From assembly GCA_951406725.2 (NCBI GenBank), contig OX597835.1:45198001-45262000 (forward strand): DNA of 64,000 bases, given 5' to 3'. The translations under genes and the position numbers were made by a program. Positions within the stretch are counted from its first letter, which is position 1; the number at the start of each line of letters is the position of its first letter. Below are positions 14,866 to 28,539 of this stretch, in pieces. The stretch comes from Octopus vulgaris. Taxonomy: Eukaryota. The notes under the pieces were generated by a model. The model ran no database searches and had not been told where the DNA came from. It saw only the letters and a program-made list of their open reading frames with translations.

Positions 14866-16472
14866 TATGTATATATAAGTAACATGTCAGCATACATGCC
14901 GGACACTGCTGATCCGCATTTTATGATCTCGCAGTCGTTGAACGAACGAGAAAGAGAGCCACGAGAAAGAGTTAATCGCAACTCTTTTCTTTCCTGAATT
15001 GCAGAAGAAGATAAACAAACACATTTGAATTTTTATTTACTCTTCGTCAGCTTCAGTGACCAAGAAACGAACGATGACATTTGAGAATAACTGAAAGACG
15101 GATAAGTTGTTGAGCGAAGAAACGAAAGAAACAAATGTTAATTGTAATTAAAAACCACCAACCTAAATCAAATGAATAAAAAATGAATAAACTTAAATTG
15201 TATGAATAAATAAATAATAAGCCCCAGTGACTCTAAATAATAAATGTTTACGACGGCATCAGTGAAATTCCAAATAGAACAAAAAAAGTAATTATAATAA
15301 TAAATAAACAAATATTTGGTAACGGAATTTTATCCTCGAAAAGCGTTTTATATTGTTCCACGTGTGGGTGAAACAGTATATGCAGGTATATATGTAAGTA
15401 TAGGTGTATATAAACGTATTCATAAACTGATACTTACATTCATACATATGCACATGTATACGTATATATCTATGTATGTACATACGTGTTGCATTGAAGT
15501 AGAGCACCCCTATTTGGTTGGCCCCTAATGGACTGTGCCGCAATATAAATGGACATGCGCAGAGAGTGAGGGGAGGTAGTCAGTAAGCTGTGTCTAAGCC
15601 GATAGTTGTTGTTGTATTTGAGTTGAAAAGGTGCATGCTCCATTTGGGTCCTGTAATTATTAACCTGTTACTTCCTGAATTGTTGCATTTTTATTGTTGA
15701 ATTTGTTGGAATTTTTATTTGTCTTCCCCATTTATGGGTGAAGTAATGAATAACAGAGACCAGTGTAAGTGGGCAGGTATGCTGTAGTGACTGGCAAAAG
15801 CCTGTCAGCGGAGCTACTGCAAGTCCGTGAAATAGAAGTTAAAGACAAGAATTTAAAGAAGTATAACAAATTATTGAAAAATCAGGGAGATCCTTATTGA
15901 AAAAGGAGGGATACATATATCAGGTTGGAATGATAATCGTACCACACTTTTGACTTGATAACTTTAGAGTACGATTTCAGTACTTACAGTAAAATAAGCA
16001 TTTATTTTTACATACTATTTATTTTTCATTTTTCACAGATAATTGTATGCCTTAGTAATAAAATTCGTTTTGATTTTACCCTTTTAAACGAATTTAGATC
16101 GGACCTATTTCAGAAAGTACATACTGTATGAGTTTGATGGGAAAACTTCGGAAATGGAAGCCACGATGGATATTCGCTTTGTCTATGGACATGATGTTTT
16201 CAGTGCCCTGACATGCCAAAATTGGTTTGGCCAGCTAGGGACGGGGAATTTTGAATAATATTTAGAAGGAAACAGTTTATTTTTTTGTGAAGAGTTTAAA
16301 ATTCTTATGGTAAGTTTCTTTTCTTCCAAACCCGAAGAATAATACCACCAAACAAGAAACAATTTACCGATAGACGGGATTGGGTGATCAAGGATATTAT
16401 CGGGATTAAATATACCAATACACACAGTCTTCCACAGGGTATGTTGTTGGCAGTTATTTCAAAGTTTTGGCC

Positions 16473-16513
16473 AGTCAGACGACGTCTTAGCTGGGCGAAA
16501 CATCGAAGTCACT
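16473..16513 (+). ncRNA. degenerate minimal hammerhead motif
   Basis: AGT-CAGACGA-CGTCTTAGCTGGGC-GAAA-CATCGAAG-TC-ACT. Core U4 is A. Followed by AATAAA and (TA)n. Confidence 0.4.
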
Positions 16514-16596
16514 ATCAACAACACTTGTATAAGAGTAATAAATTCATACTGTACAAAAATCTAAAGTGAGCCATTAGATTAATATAAAATTATATG

Positions 16597-16653
<57 letters not shown>

Positions 16654-16665
16654 TTATATATATTC

Positions 16666-16719
<54 letters not shown>

Positions 16720-17040
16720 TCCTTTTAGTGACCGGGCACACACACCTGCTGTCCAATCACTTAGGAATAACACTCACATATGCACTCATACGTACACACG
16801 CACGTATATATGTATGTATGCAGTCCGACATCTTATCGTGGAAATCGATTCAATTTATCAAATATCAATTACGAGACCGGATTAGCCGACACACACATAT
16901 ATATGTGCGCAATAGCACATCCACATACACACACACATATATATATATATATTTATATATATATATGAACATAAAAACGCATGTGTATATGTATACACAC
17001 AAACAAACAGTCACACACACATACACACACGCATATTTAC

Positions 17041-17173
<133 letters not shown>

Positions 17174-18775
17174 TATGGACATGATTACGTGTATGTATCA
17201 GTGCGTGTGTCTGCGTCTATTCACTTGAATGTTGCAACAATATCAACTCTTATAACTCCGATATGCGAAAATCGCTTCCCCCGCAATCATCAGACCGTTG
17301 ACAACGATCAAAAATTGCCGTGAACGTTATAATTACCGCCGTCATTGTCACCACCGTCTGCAACAGCACTCCGCCTCCGATCATCAGTACAATTAGCAAT
17401 CATCGTCATCATCATCATCTTTGAAATCACACTCACACTGACACGACCACCACCACTAAGATTAATGAGAAATTTGTCAATTCCATTAATATTCAAACTA
17501 CGACCTCAGTTACACAATCAGTTGAACAACATTATCGAACAGCCATTAACCATTACTATCAAACCAATAGACCAACTCCAGATTTCACCACCACACAGAT
17601 TCACGGGACGATGGATGCAAATAGCGGAACCACCATCGAATCAGCCACTACTATATACACTCACCGCTGCCAAGCCCCAAACAATTAACTGACCAGTTTC
17701 ATGTGAAAAGAAAGTGTACCACTACTTTTCTAGTTAAACCACCGCCGCTCATGTAATAGTGCAACATCGTCAGTACTATATAAACGGTGGTTTCTCAGTA
17801 ATTCATTGTCAGCAGACCAGCACCAACATTGGCACGACCAATAAATACCGCGTCCACAACTGTCACCAAAGCTCACACCAGCGCCAGCAACATCGCCTCT
17901 CCTACCTTAATCACTATCATCCACCATCGTCCTTAATACCACCACCACCACAACCACTTTCACCAGCTCTACTTTGTTCGAACTCTTTTGTAAAATATTA
18001 TTCATTTATGGTTTGGCTTTGAAGTTCTGGCAAGCAAGTAAGATGAAAACAAATTATCAAAAAATAATATTAATACAATCCCCCCAAATAAAATAACAAA
18101 AATGAAGAACAAGCGGTAAAAAACAAAACAATAAGAAATAACAGACAGAAAAAAATATCACGAACAAAAAATATACAAAGAATAAACATCGCAGTAAAAA
18201 TATAACAAACAATAAAAGCTTAATCTAAAACAAAAGTCTAAACAAGAACACAAAGAAACTGTAGTATAAAAATCAAATACAAAAAAAAAAAGGAAAGGAA
18301 ATAAGATAAAAAAAAATGTTAAACAGTTCTGCAAGAAAAATTATAACAAAAACTAAAAAGATTTAGAAAACAAATCCTAGAAAAATGTAACTAAAACCCA
18401 GGAGTAAAACAAATATACAAAAGCAGTAAAAGTCAGTTACTGTTGATGTCTCTTAGTAACTAGACTCGTAAGATATAATTGCGGGTTAGGTGACAAGTTT
18501 AAAGAATCCGTCGCCAAAATGATTAGAGATCGTAATAATGGGGGCTGGATGGATGTCAGTTCTTGTTTTTGCTGTTTTTGTTGTTAGGTTTGTTTTCTTA
18601 CTAATTTTGTACTTGTTATGGTTGTTTTTGGTTCGGCTGATCTTGTGATTGTTCAGTTTGTTGTGGATGGGTTAATCGTAGTGATTAACTTTTTAGGAGG
18701 TGGAAGGATATATTTTAGTGCTTCGTATATATATTTCTTAAAACATGTACATGTATGTATATACATACATCTATA

Positions 18776-18811
<36 letters not shown>

Positions 18812-18815
<4 letters not shown>

Positions 18816-19113
18816 GTTGTGAGTGTTTATTGAGCGAAAACACCTAAAGCTCCACGAGGCTCCGGCAGGGATGCTGGTGATCCCTGCTGTACTCTTTCAC
18901 CACAACTTTCTCTCACTCTTACTTCCTGTTTCTGTTGTACCTGTATTTCAAGGGGCCGGCCTTGTCACTCTCTGTGTCACGCTGAATATCCCTGAGAACT
19001 ACGTTAAGGGTACACGTGTCTGTGGAGTGCTCAGCCACTTACGTTAATTTCACGAGAGGCTGTTCCGTTGATCGGATCAACGGAACCCTCGTCATCGTAA
19101 CCGACGGAGTGCT
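18812..19113 (+). mobile_element. SINE family D (5'-truncated or variant)
   Basis: 3' part matches the reverse complement of 50998-51180 (GAGAACTACGTTAAGGGTACACGTGTCTGTGG). Confidence 0.75.
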
Positions 19114-19351
19114 TCCCCCTCCAATATATGACGAGGCATATATAGGATGCGCAAGGAGGTGTGTAAGCGGTGATTTGTGGGTTCAATTCTGGCCTGGGTT
19201 AGATCATCATTTTCAATCAATGGTTTGGATAAATGACGCCGGTTTAAATCGGAGTATATATATTATAATTATGATATATTATTATATTGTTATTGTATAA
19301 AATACTTTCATAGCGCTCTTTTCAGTAATTTACAAAGCCTTATGTTTCTTT

Positions 19352-19410
<59 letters not shown>

Positions 19411-19559
19411 GCATATGTCGTGAATTATGTCGGATGTATGTTTGTACGCATAAATGTATGTATATAGACATATGCTTGTGCACATGTGTGTATATAGAGA
19501 GTGTAAAAGGCTGGCAGGCTACCTTATTCCCAGCTGAGTTAGGATGTAATGGGCATCTT

Positions 19560-19830
19560 CTGTAGCCGGTATGGTGACTTGTAAGAGTCACTGATATGAC
19601 AGAAAGACATAGAATAAGTCTTCTTCTCTGAATATCGGAGAGCGCAAAGTAATTCTTGCTTGTTTCTGGTGAAGAAGGCTGTAGAAGCATCGGTGATCTT
19701 AATGCTATTAATATTGAGTTAGATTGGCAGGAGTTCAGCACGTGACGGAGAAAATGAACGGACATTTCCGAGGACGCAACCCTTTGTTGCTTAACGACTA
19801 CTGTAGACGCAGAGCTTTGGACGCAACAAG
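19560..19830 (-). pseudogene. decayed gypsy-type gag N-terminal remnant
   Basis: FLRHVLNS..LLQPSSPETSKNYFAL..RRRLILCLS resembles the gypsy gag N-terminal pattern. A related decayed segment lies at about 20460-20700. Confidence 0.35.
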
Positions 19831-20105
19831 AGTCACGAAGGACGACGTGAAGTATGAGTCCAGCTAGAGGAGCAGAGGTAATTATTGTAGTGAGTCAACA
19901 CAAAAACACAAAGAAACTGTCGAATAAAAATCAAATACAAAAAAAGGAAAGGAAATAAGATCAAAAAATAAAATGTAAAGCATGCCCCTATCTGAACGTT
20001 TGGAATTCTATGCCAAACACGCGAGAGAAATTTCTTTAATGTGTACCAGGTGATCTGTGTGACTACTAACCCTACCATCGCAGATGTTGGTGAATTATTC
20101 TATTT

Positions 20106-20332
20106 GGCGGCGAGCTGGCAGAAACGTTAGCACGCCGGGCGAAATGCGTAGCCGTATTTCGTCTGCCCTTACGTTCTGGGTTCAAATTCCGCCAAGGTCG
20201 ACTTTGCCTTTCATCCTTTCGGGGTCGATAAATTAAATACCAGTTCACTGGGGTCGATGTAATCGACTTAATCCATTTGTCTGTCCTTGTTTGTCTCCTC
20301 TGTGTTTAGTCCCTTGTGGGTAGTAAAGAAAT
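20106..20332 (+). mobile_element. full-length SINE family A with target-site duplication
   Basis: tRNA-like head and GCCTTTCATCCTTTCGGGGTCGATAAA central domain (resembles the Meta/Sauria-SINE domain). TSD AATTATTCTATTT at 20093-20105 and 20333-20345. Confidence 0.9.
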
Positions 20333-21287
20333 AATTATTCTATTTGGATCTTACTTGAGCTTATATTGTTATTGTATAAAACACTTTCATACCCGTTCCC
20401 CTCCGTAATTTACATGTAATTTATCGACCCCGAAAGGATGAATGGCAAAGTTCGGTAGCTGTTTGGGGCTGAAATAGTTTCCAGCCCTGAAGAGAAGGTC
20501 GAGTGTATGCCAAGAGTATACTTTCTCCAGGAGATATACACGACGATAATGCGACGCAGTTATCTGTGAGATTATGATGACTCTCACTGATTGTTATTTG
20601 TGCTGAAAGGTGAGTCACTGAAGTTTTCTTGATTTCAGTAAAGCCGAGTTTATTTTATGCTGTGAAAAAGACGAAGAGGGTTGGTCTGACCTTACTAGAA
20701 GTTGCTCTTCATTTGTATACTTCTGAAATCAATATCTGTTTAGTGTATGCTGTCTAGGTTGCTTCTGATTGACGCATTGGTGTGTTTTCCTATGGAGGAA
20801 TAAAGGTGAGTGACACCTGTGTTAGTGCTGGATTAAACAGTAAGTAGTAAGTGATACTGAAAAGCAGAAGAATATACCCTGTGACTGAGACACCGTTCAC
20901 AGGTCACCAATGTACATGTTACAGGCTCAACCATCCGGAGAAACCAATGCCCGTCTTTCTCAAGTCTTTATTAATGTTGCAAGAGAATCTTCTTTTAGAA
21001 TTGAGAATCCAATTATACACACGCATAAACACATACCAACACACACGCACGCACAAAATCAGAGTGCTCAGAGAGAACCCCACCAAATTGCATACGAACG
21101 CAACTCCTCTTTTTTTCCATCTTAAACTGAGCGTCAACCTAATACATTTAGTGAGTACGATCTGTTGAATCATTTAAAAAAAATTTTCGGTTTGTCTATG
21201 CAAATAAATAAATATATATGTGTGTATATATACACTCACACAAAAGCACACACACACAAAGACACACACACAAACACTAACACGCAC

Positions 21288-21342
<55 letters not shown>

Positions 21343-21476
21343 CTTTATTTTAAAAAAGGAGAAAACACGAGCACTATTACTCAGAGTTTTTGTGATATTT
21401 CTGCTGCATATTACTCTGCCTCTCGTATTTGAGTACTCTTTTTTCCCACCTTCTGTCACATTAATGTGCTTATTTC

Positions 21477-21533
<57 letters not shown>

Positions 21534-21594
21534 AATATATATAACGAATCGTAAGAGTGTAAAATAACCAGCTTCAGTGATGCACCTGTCAAAT

Positions 21595-21727
21595 CTACTA
21601 CTGCTACCTCCACCAGCACCACCAGCACCACCACTACCACGACGACAACGACCACCAGCACCACACCACCACCACCACCACCACCACCACCACCACCACC
21701 ACCACCACCACCACCACAACCACCACC

Positions 21728-21776
<49 letters not shown>

Positions 21777-21777
21777 G
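21595..21777. repeat. (CAC)n(TAC)n compound microsatellite
   Basis: Direct reading. Confidence 0.9.
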
Positions 21778-22299
21778 TTATTTTTTTTACCTTTTCACTT
21801 CTTTTTGCTTGCTTCCTCTTCAAATCACAGATTTCATCCTCTGCTCCCCACCCCTTCTTCTCCTCTCCCTCCCCCCCCCCCTACGCGTCTCTGTTTTGCT
21901 CTCTTTGATAATACTGTGACCACACAGCAAAGGAGAACCCCTACAACAACAACAACAGCGGTGGAGGCGGTGGAGGCGGTGGAGGCGGCGGAGGCGGCAG
22001 CAAATAACCTATCCTCCGCCTTCGGACACGTCGCATCAGTGCGAGTCTGGTCTACATCTATTAATTAACAATATTCAAATGACAAGATCAAACGAATAAA
22101 CTAATAGATGACCGAACCAGTTAACACTTTCCATAACCTAATGCCAACGCCTATGTTCATTCGAAGCCATTTACCCCCCGCCCCCACCTCCCCCTTCACC
22201 AATGCCACCGCCAACGCCGCCGCCATCAGAAATGCTGCAATATCAACATCATCAACATCGCCATACGCAAATTCACCACCATTACTACAACGAAGACGG

Positions 22300-22858
22300 T
22301 GATGATATGATGATGATGATGATGAGGAGGAGGAGGAGGAGGAGGTGGAGGAGAAGCAGGAGGTAGAAAAGAGGAGGAGGAAGCGTATACGGGCGATCGT
22401 GGTCCTGATGCTGTTGGCGTTGCTGCTGCTGACTGATGACGATGATAATGATGATGATGATGACGATGATGGTGTTGGTGTTGATGGTGATGATGATGAT
22501 GACGATCGCGATGATGATGATGGACATGATGATGATGATGGTGGTGGTGTTGGTGATGATGATGATGATGATGGTCATGATGATGATGATGATGATGACG
22601 ATGATAATGATTATGATGATGACGATGATGATGATGCTGATTGCGATGATGATGATGATGATGATGATGGTGTTGGTGTTGATGGTGATGATGATGATGA
22701 TCGCGATGATGATGATGGACATGATGGACGCGATGATGATGGAGTTGATGATGATGATGGTGGTGTTACTGCTGCTGCTGCTGCTGATGATGATGATGCT
22801 GGTAGTGGTGATGATATGAATGAGGATGCCGTTGATGATGATGATGATGATGATGATG
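22300..22858. repeat. degenerate (GAT)n/(GAG)n low-complexity array
   Basis: Direct reading; contains an internal duplicated block. Confidence 0.9.
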
Positions 22859-23054
22859 AATTGTAGCCTAGGAGATTTATGTAGTGGATTTTAATCTACG
22901 ATAGTGTTATTTTCCGCACCAACTCCTCATAACACCACCAGCGAGATGAAAGTCAATGTAATTACCACGGGGATTCAACCTGAAACCAACATCACAAGGC
23001 ACCGCAAGGAATTATTCAACGGCAACCAATCTGAAATAATAATTTTAAGCACAG

Positions 23055-23224
23055 CCGAAAGCGTGGCCGCTTGGTAAGAAGTTTGCTTCCCAGCTACGTG
23101 GTTGCGGTTTCAGTCCCACTGCCTGGCACCTTTCCTCAGTGTCTTCTGCTATATCCTCGGGCCAATCACAGGCTTGTGGGTGGATTTTGCTGGTGGAAAC
23201 TGATGTACCTGTGAGTGAGTGGGA

Positions 23225-23271
<47 letters not shown>

Positions 23272-23987
23272 TCCCTCATTCCACCGGTTTTGATAACCGG
23301 CAACGGTTTGTTTATGGCCCCGTAACATAGCCATTTGGAAAAAAAGTGACCGAAAGATCAAGTGCCAAGTGGAGTTCATTCGTTTGACGAAAATTCCTCA
23401 AGGCAATGCTCCAGTATGGCCGCAGTCTAATGCAAACAGGTATGTAAAAATGTATTCTTTCATTGTTTTCTTCTTTAACTGGTTTCAGGCATTTGACTGC
23501 GGCCATGCTGGAGCCCCACCTTTGGCCGAACGAATCGACCCTAGAGCTCATTCCTTGTAAACTTAAGCCTAGTACTTCCAAGCCTAGTACTTATTCTATC
23601 AGTGTCATTTGCCGAACCGCTGAGTTACGGAAACGTAAACCCACCAACTTTGGTTGTCAAGCGATGATAGGGGGCAAAGAGACACATAAAAATATGAAGT
23701 GGGACTCAACCCGAAACTATTTGGTTGCGAAGCAAGCTCCTTACTACACAGCCATACACACATACACACTCACACACACACACACACACTCTTTTACTTA
23801 TTTCAGTCATTTGACTGCGGCCATGCTGGAGCACCGCCTTTTTAGTGGAGCAAATCGACCTCGGGACTTATTCTTTGTAAGCCCAGTACTATTCTATCGG
23901 TCTCTTTTGCCGTACCGCTAGGCGACGGGGACTTAAACACACCAGCATCGGTTGTCAAACAATGCTATGGGGACAAACACACACACA

Positions 23988-24027
<40 letters not shown>

Positions 24028-24038
24028 TACGACGGGCT
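23055..24038. mobile_element. cluster of three family B SINE copies (+ at ~23055-23440; - at ~23455-23760 and ~23790-24038)
   Basis: Each matches family B segments (GACTGCGGCCATGCTGGAGC, GTACTTATTCTATCGG, CAGTCCCACTGC). Confidence 0.75.
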
Positions 24039-24080
<42 letters not shown>

Positions 24081-24475
24081 CAACTGAAGGCTCCACTTTG
24101 TTCTATTTTATACACACCGGAAAGCTTTAAAGCGAAGCTGATGCCGGTGTGATTCCATCTGAGAATGTAAATTATCGAAATGTTGAAGCCATTTTTGCGA
24201 ATAGCTAAAGATTCTTCCAAGCTATCCACCATATTCTGAATCTCTCTTATTTTACTATTATTTTCCTCTGATCATCGCTGGGTGATAAAGGTTGCTTAAA
24301 TGTATATCTGAATCTAAGCATTCGAAAAGTACATCACAATGCATTTATCAGACACCACCGATTCTGCAGACTCAACGAAGTTTTGTCTCAGACTATAAAA
24401 TATATAATTGCTTTGTTAATGAGGACCTTAATTAAGTAGATTGTAGACATGATCTTAATAATCTTTTCAACTATA

Positions 24476-24875
24476 TGCACAAGGCCTGACATTTTGTGGG
24501 AGGGGCATAGTGAATTACAAAGACCACAATGCTAAACGGTTCTTAATGTATCGACCCAGAAAAGATGAAAGGCAAATTGGGCTGCGACAGAATTTGAACT
24601 CGGACCGTAAACGCGGCTGTTTCGCCTGGCGTGCTAACGACTCTGCCAGCTAAACGCCTAAAATGCTGAAATAATATTGGTTTTCAACATTGACACAAGC
24701 CCAGCTCCCCTGGGAAGCGGGTCGACCCAAGTGCTCAACTGGCAACTATTTTCGCCGGCCCCGATCGAACGACAGGCTAAGTCGGCCTCTGCGGAATTTG
24801 AACACAGTACAGGAAGACTAGGCGAAATGTCTCGAAGTGATTAACCCGGCATTTCTACGATTCTAACAGCCTTAA
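24476..24875 (-). mobile_element. two tandem diverged family A SINEs
   Basis: GAATTTGAAC occurs twice. Each copy is followed by TAAATGCTGAAAT. Confidence 0.6.
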
Positions 24876-26199
24876 ATGCTGAAATGATTAAGAAGGGCAA
24901 CTCATAAATTCGTTGAGCTCAAGTAAGAGGAAGCTTTTAATCCTCACCTACACTCATTCTACGAACCACTATCCAATAATATGGAATCTTTCGGTGTACA
25001 GTGTTATTTCCGGCAATTCATAGACATATATTCCGATAGGAATAAGAAAGAAAAAATCCTTTACTGGTTTCTGATACCTGACATACGCACGAGGACATTT
25101 CTATTTCAAGTTGAAAAAGAATCCGTGATTATGCCGACTTTACTACATGGTTCGGATTTCTTCTTGTGTTTTCTTTTCTTTTGTCAATGGGGAAGGATGA
25201 AACGTAGGGTGGATATTGGTGGAATAGGAGAACGCATAATTTCAAAGGCAGCGAAAAAAGCGCACACATACATTAAGAAGAAGAGGAAAAGATGAAAGCA
25301 GTGCACAGTCCTGAATTAAAGAAGTAAAGGAAAGACAAGAACGACAGAAAAGGGAAAATATAGGGAAAGAAATTTATAACAGGGAAATACAACGGTAATA
25401 ATATAGATACTGCGATATAGAGGACAGCTAAAAGAAAAAGGACTGCTAAACCACTAAGAATCGAAAGAATCTATTGATATGATGGTCGAGAATGGTTCTT
25501 TGGCACCAAGTCAAGTTGTACGTGAAAAATGAACTAAAAATGGATTTAGCTATAATATCAATAAATGAAGGAGGTTTCTTGGGAGAAATATTGACAGAGA
25601 AGGCACTTCCAGGGATTAGAATGAGCAAAACAGCAATGTCAGCAACTGGAGATATGTGGGTGGTTGTGTGGATTAAAAGAAAGAAAAAAAAACATAGAAT
25701 GAAAAAGCAGAAACTGGAAGGCATAAGTAAATTCAGCAAATCAGAAACGTACAGACTTCTGGCAACGTTTCGCCCAAATTATTGAATAGGTCGGAAGCCA
25801 TACCCGATTGGTGAAATGACAAGAAAATTATATTAATCAGGAAAGTAAAAGAACAACCAATCTACAGGTACAAAATCATTTCGTCCTACAGGTTAAAACG
25901 AACTGTAATCATATCAACGCTGTAAAATATGTTTCCGAGCAAAATTCTAGATTTAATGATCAATTATGGATTAGGACTGGCATTGAAGGAAATTGTTAGG
26001 GTAGAAGTGCGTGAATATGGCCCGGATTGACTACGTGGCGTTGTTTTTTTTTTCTTAGCGCTCTCCACTCGTGGCTTCAGCTTCAATAAATTAGCAACAG
26101 CAGCAATCAGTTGATACGTTTAATCAGTCTGAAATATTTAACCAGCACCTCGGGTGACAAAATCGAATGGAATTGATAAAAAAAACAACAAATTTTGTT

Positions 26200-26325
26200 C
26201 AAACACGTGGTTCCGGGTTCAGTACCACTGCGTGGCACCTTGGGCGAGTTACCTCTACTATAGCCTCGGGCCAACCAAAGCCTTGTGAGTGGATTTGGTA
26301 GACGGAAACTGAAAGAAACCCATCG

Positions 26326-26411
<86 letters not shown>

Positions 26412-26645
26412 CATTTTTGTATGCATGTGTGTGTGTCTGTGTTTATCTCCCCAACATCACTTGACAATCTATGCTGGTGTGTTTACATTCCCATAATCTA
26501 GGGTTCGGCAAACAATACCGATATAATAAGTACCAGGCTTACAAAGAATAAGTCCTTGGGACTATTTGCTCGACTAAAGGTGATGCACCAGCATCGCCGC
26601 AGTCAAATGACTGAAACAAGTAAAAGAATATAAGAATAAAAGAAA
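26200..26645 (+). mobile_element. SINE family B
   Basis: GGTTCCGGGTTCAGTACCACTGCGTGGCACCTTGGGC...AAATGACTGAAACAAGTAAAAGA. Confidence 0.8.
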
Positions 26646-26933
26646 AATATGTGTATGTATGTACGTATGTACGTATATAGGTACGAATGCCCATCCATTC
26701 TTCATTACGACCATACGCATGTATATATATATGTTTATGTATATGTATGTATGCATGTATGTATGTACATTGAACGTAAGAAAATATGGCTGCTATATCA
26801 GTGTCAATCATATATGAATAGTTGCTATGATTATGAAACCATTGGTACGACTTTAACATCGATTCTTTTACGAAAGAATATATATGAGAGTGTATGTGTA
26901 CGTGTGTGTGCGTGTGTGTTTGTTTGTTTGTTT

Positions 26934-26967
<34 letters not shown>

Positions 26968-27710
26968 ACAAATAATGAACTCTTTTACTCCTTTTTCGGA
27001 CTGAGGTGAACACTTTTAGCGAACGCTTTATACATGATTCGACTGGATTACGGATGATATTGTCAAACAACTCCAACGTTAACGCTTCAAGTGATTAACA
27101 AGTAGAAATACCGCTTCAAGGAAAATGTCCAAAGACAAGAACGAAGAGAAGACAACTAATTAAGTGCACTGACGTCATGGTAGATGAACAGAGATATGAA
27201 AATTACACCAAACGCAAACTTTTAAATGGTCGTAAATTAATGAACTAGACAAAGTTCAACATCGGTAAATGAAAGAAGAGATTAGCAAGGAATGTTATAG
27301 ACGCATTAGTTTAATGATTAAGAGAACATTTAATATAAGAGCAAAAAGTGTTTGTCATTAGTGCTCTACAGTTACGGCTGTAATATTCTCTACTTGTTTC
27401 TAAGCTAGTTAGAATATCTAGATACAAACACGAAAAAATAACGGGTGTGTCTAGTAAACACAACCCCAACCCTGGCAGATAAAGTTTGTAATTTTGAGTG
27501 TAGAGAAGCTAGGAGATTCTTTAGGAAGATATCTTGTAAACTAAAAAAAATATTTGCTAACCATTAAGTAAAAGTAATATTATTGTACTAGTTTTACTTA
27601 ATCGTTATTAAATAATGAATGCGACGGAACACAAAGGAATTATTTAATAGTTAAGAGTAAAGGTGGGAGGAAAAATTCGTTAATAGACATTAACTTCTGT
27701 TCAGTACCGA

Positions 27711-27752
<42 letters not shown>

Positions 27753-27769
27753 TATATCAGTGTTTTCTA

Positions 27770-27940
27770 CTATAGGTACTAAGCCTGAAATTTTGGGGAG
27801 GTAACTGGTACTTAATTTACCGACCCCGAAGGGATGAAACGCAAGTCTACCTCGGCGGAATTTGAACTCAGATGAAGCGGCAGACGAAATACCGCTGAGC
27901 ATTTCGCCCGGTGTGCTAATGATTCTGCTAGCTCGCCGCT
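27770..27940 (-). mobile_element. SINE family A
   Basis: Reverse complement of the family A head and central domain. Confidence 0.75.
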
Positions 27941-27994
27941 TTAATAATAATAATAATAATAATGATAATAATAATAATAATAATAATAATAGTA

Positions 27995-28027
<33 letters not shown>

Positions 28028-28030
28028 GTA

Positions 28031-28091
<61 letters not shown>

Positions 28092-28129
28092 CAATAATAA
28101 TAATAATAATATACAGATAGCGTGTTAAT

Positions 28130-28505
28130 TCAGAAAGAAAGCAAAAGATGATGAATCATAGATATAGCATGCCCCGCTGACAACAAAGTATGCGATAAGG
28201 AAGAAAGAAAAGTCGATAGATATGACAGGTTAGCTTGGGAAGTTAAGCAGTTGTGGGTGCTGAAAAGGTGGTAGTAGTACCAATAATTGTCGAAGCGCTG
28301 GGAATAGTGAGTAAAAACTTGAGAAGTACATGGAACAAATAGATGCTGCAATAAGGGTGGAACACTTGCAGAAAACAGTACTGCTTGTAATCGCTCGAAT
28401 ACTCCGGATAGTGCCGGAAAAATGGGGGTTGTTACCTTAGTTCACTAGTAGTGAACAGCTAGCACCGTAATATATCTCCAGCATTTGAAGATATGCAAAG
28501 ACAAT
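28130..28505 (+). mobile_element. RLE-type non-LTR retrotransposon 3' end
   Basis: IDIACPAD..KEERKVDRY..LAWEVKQLW..QKTVLL motifs. Flanked by (AAT)n. Confidence 0.8.
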
Positions 28506-28539
28506 AAATAATCAATAAAGTTAATAATAATAATACTCG

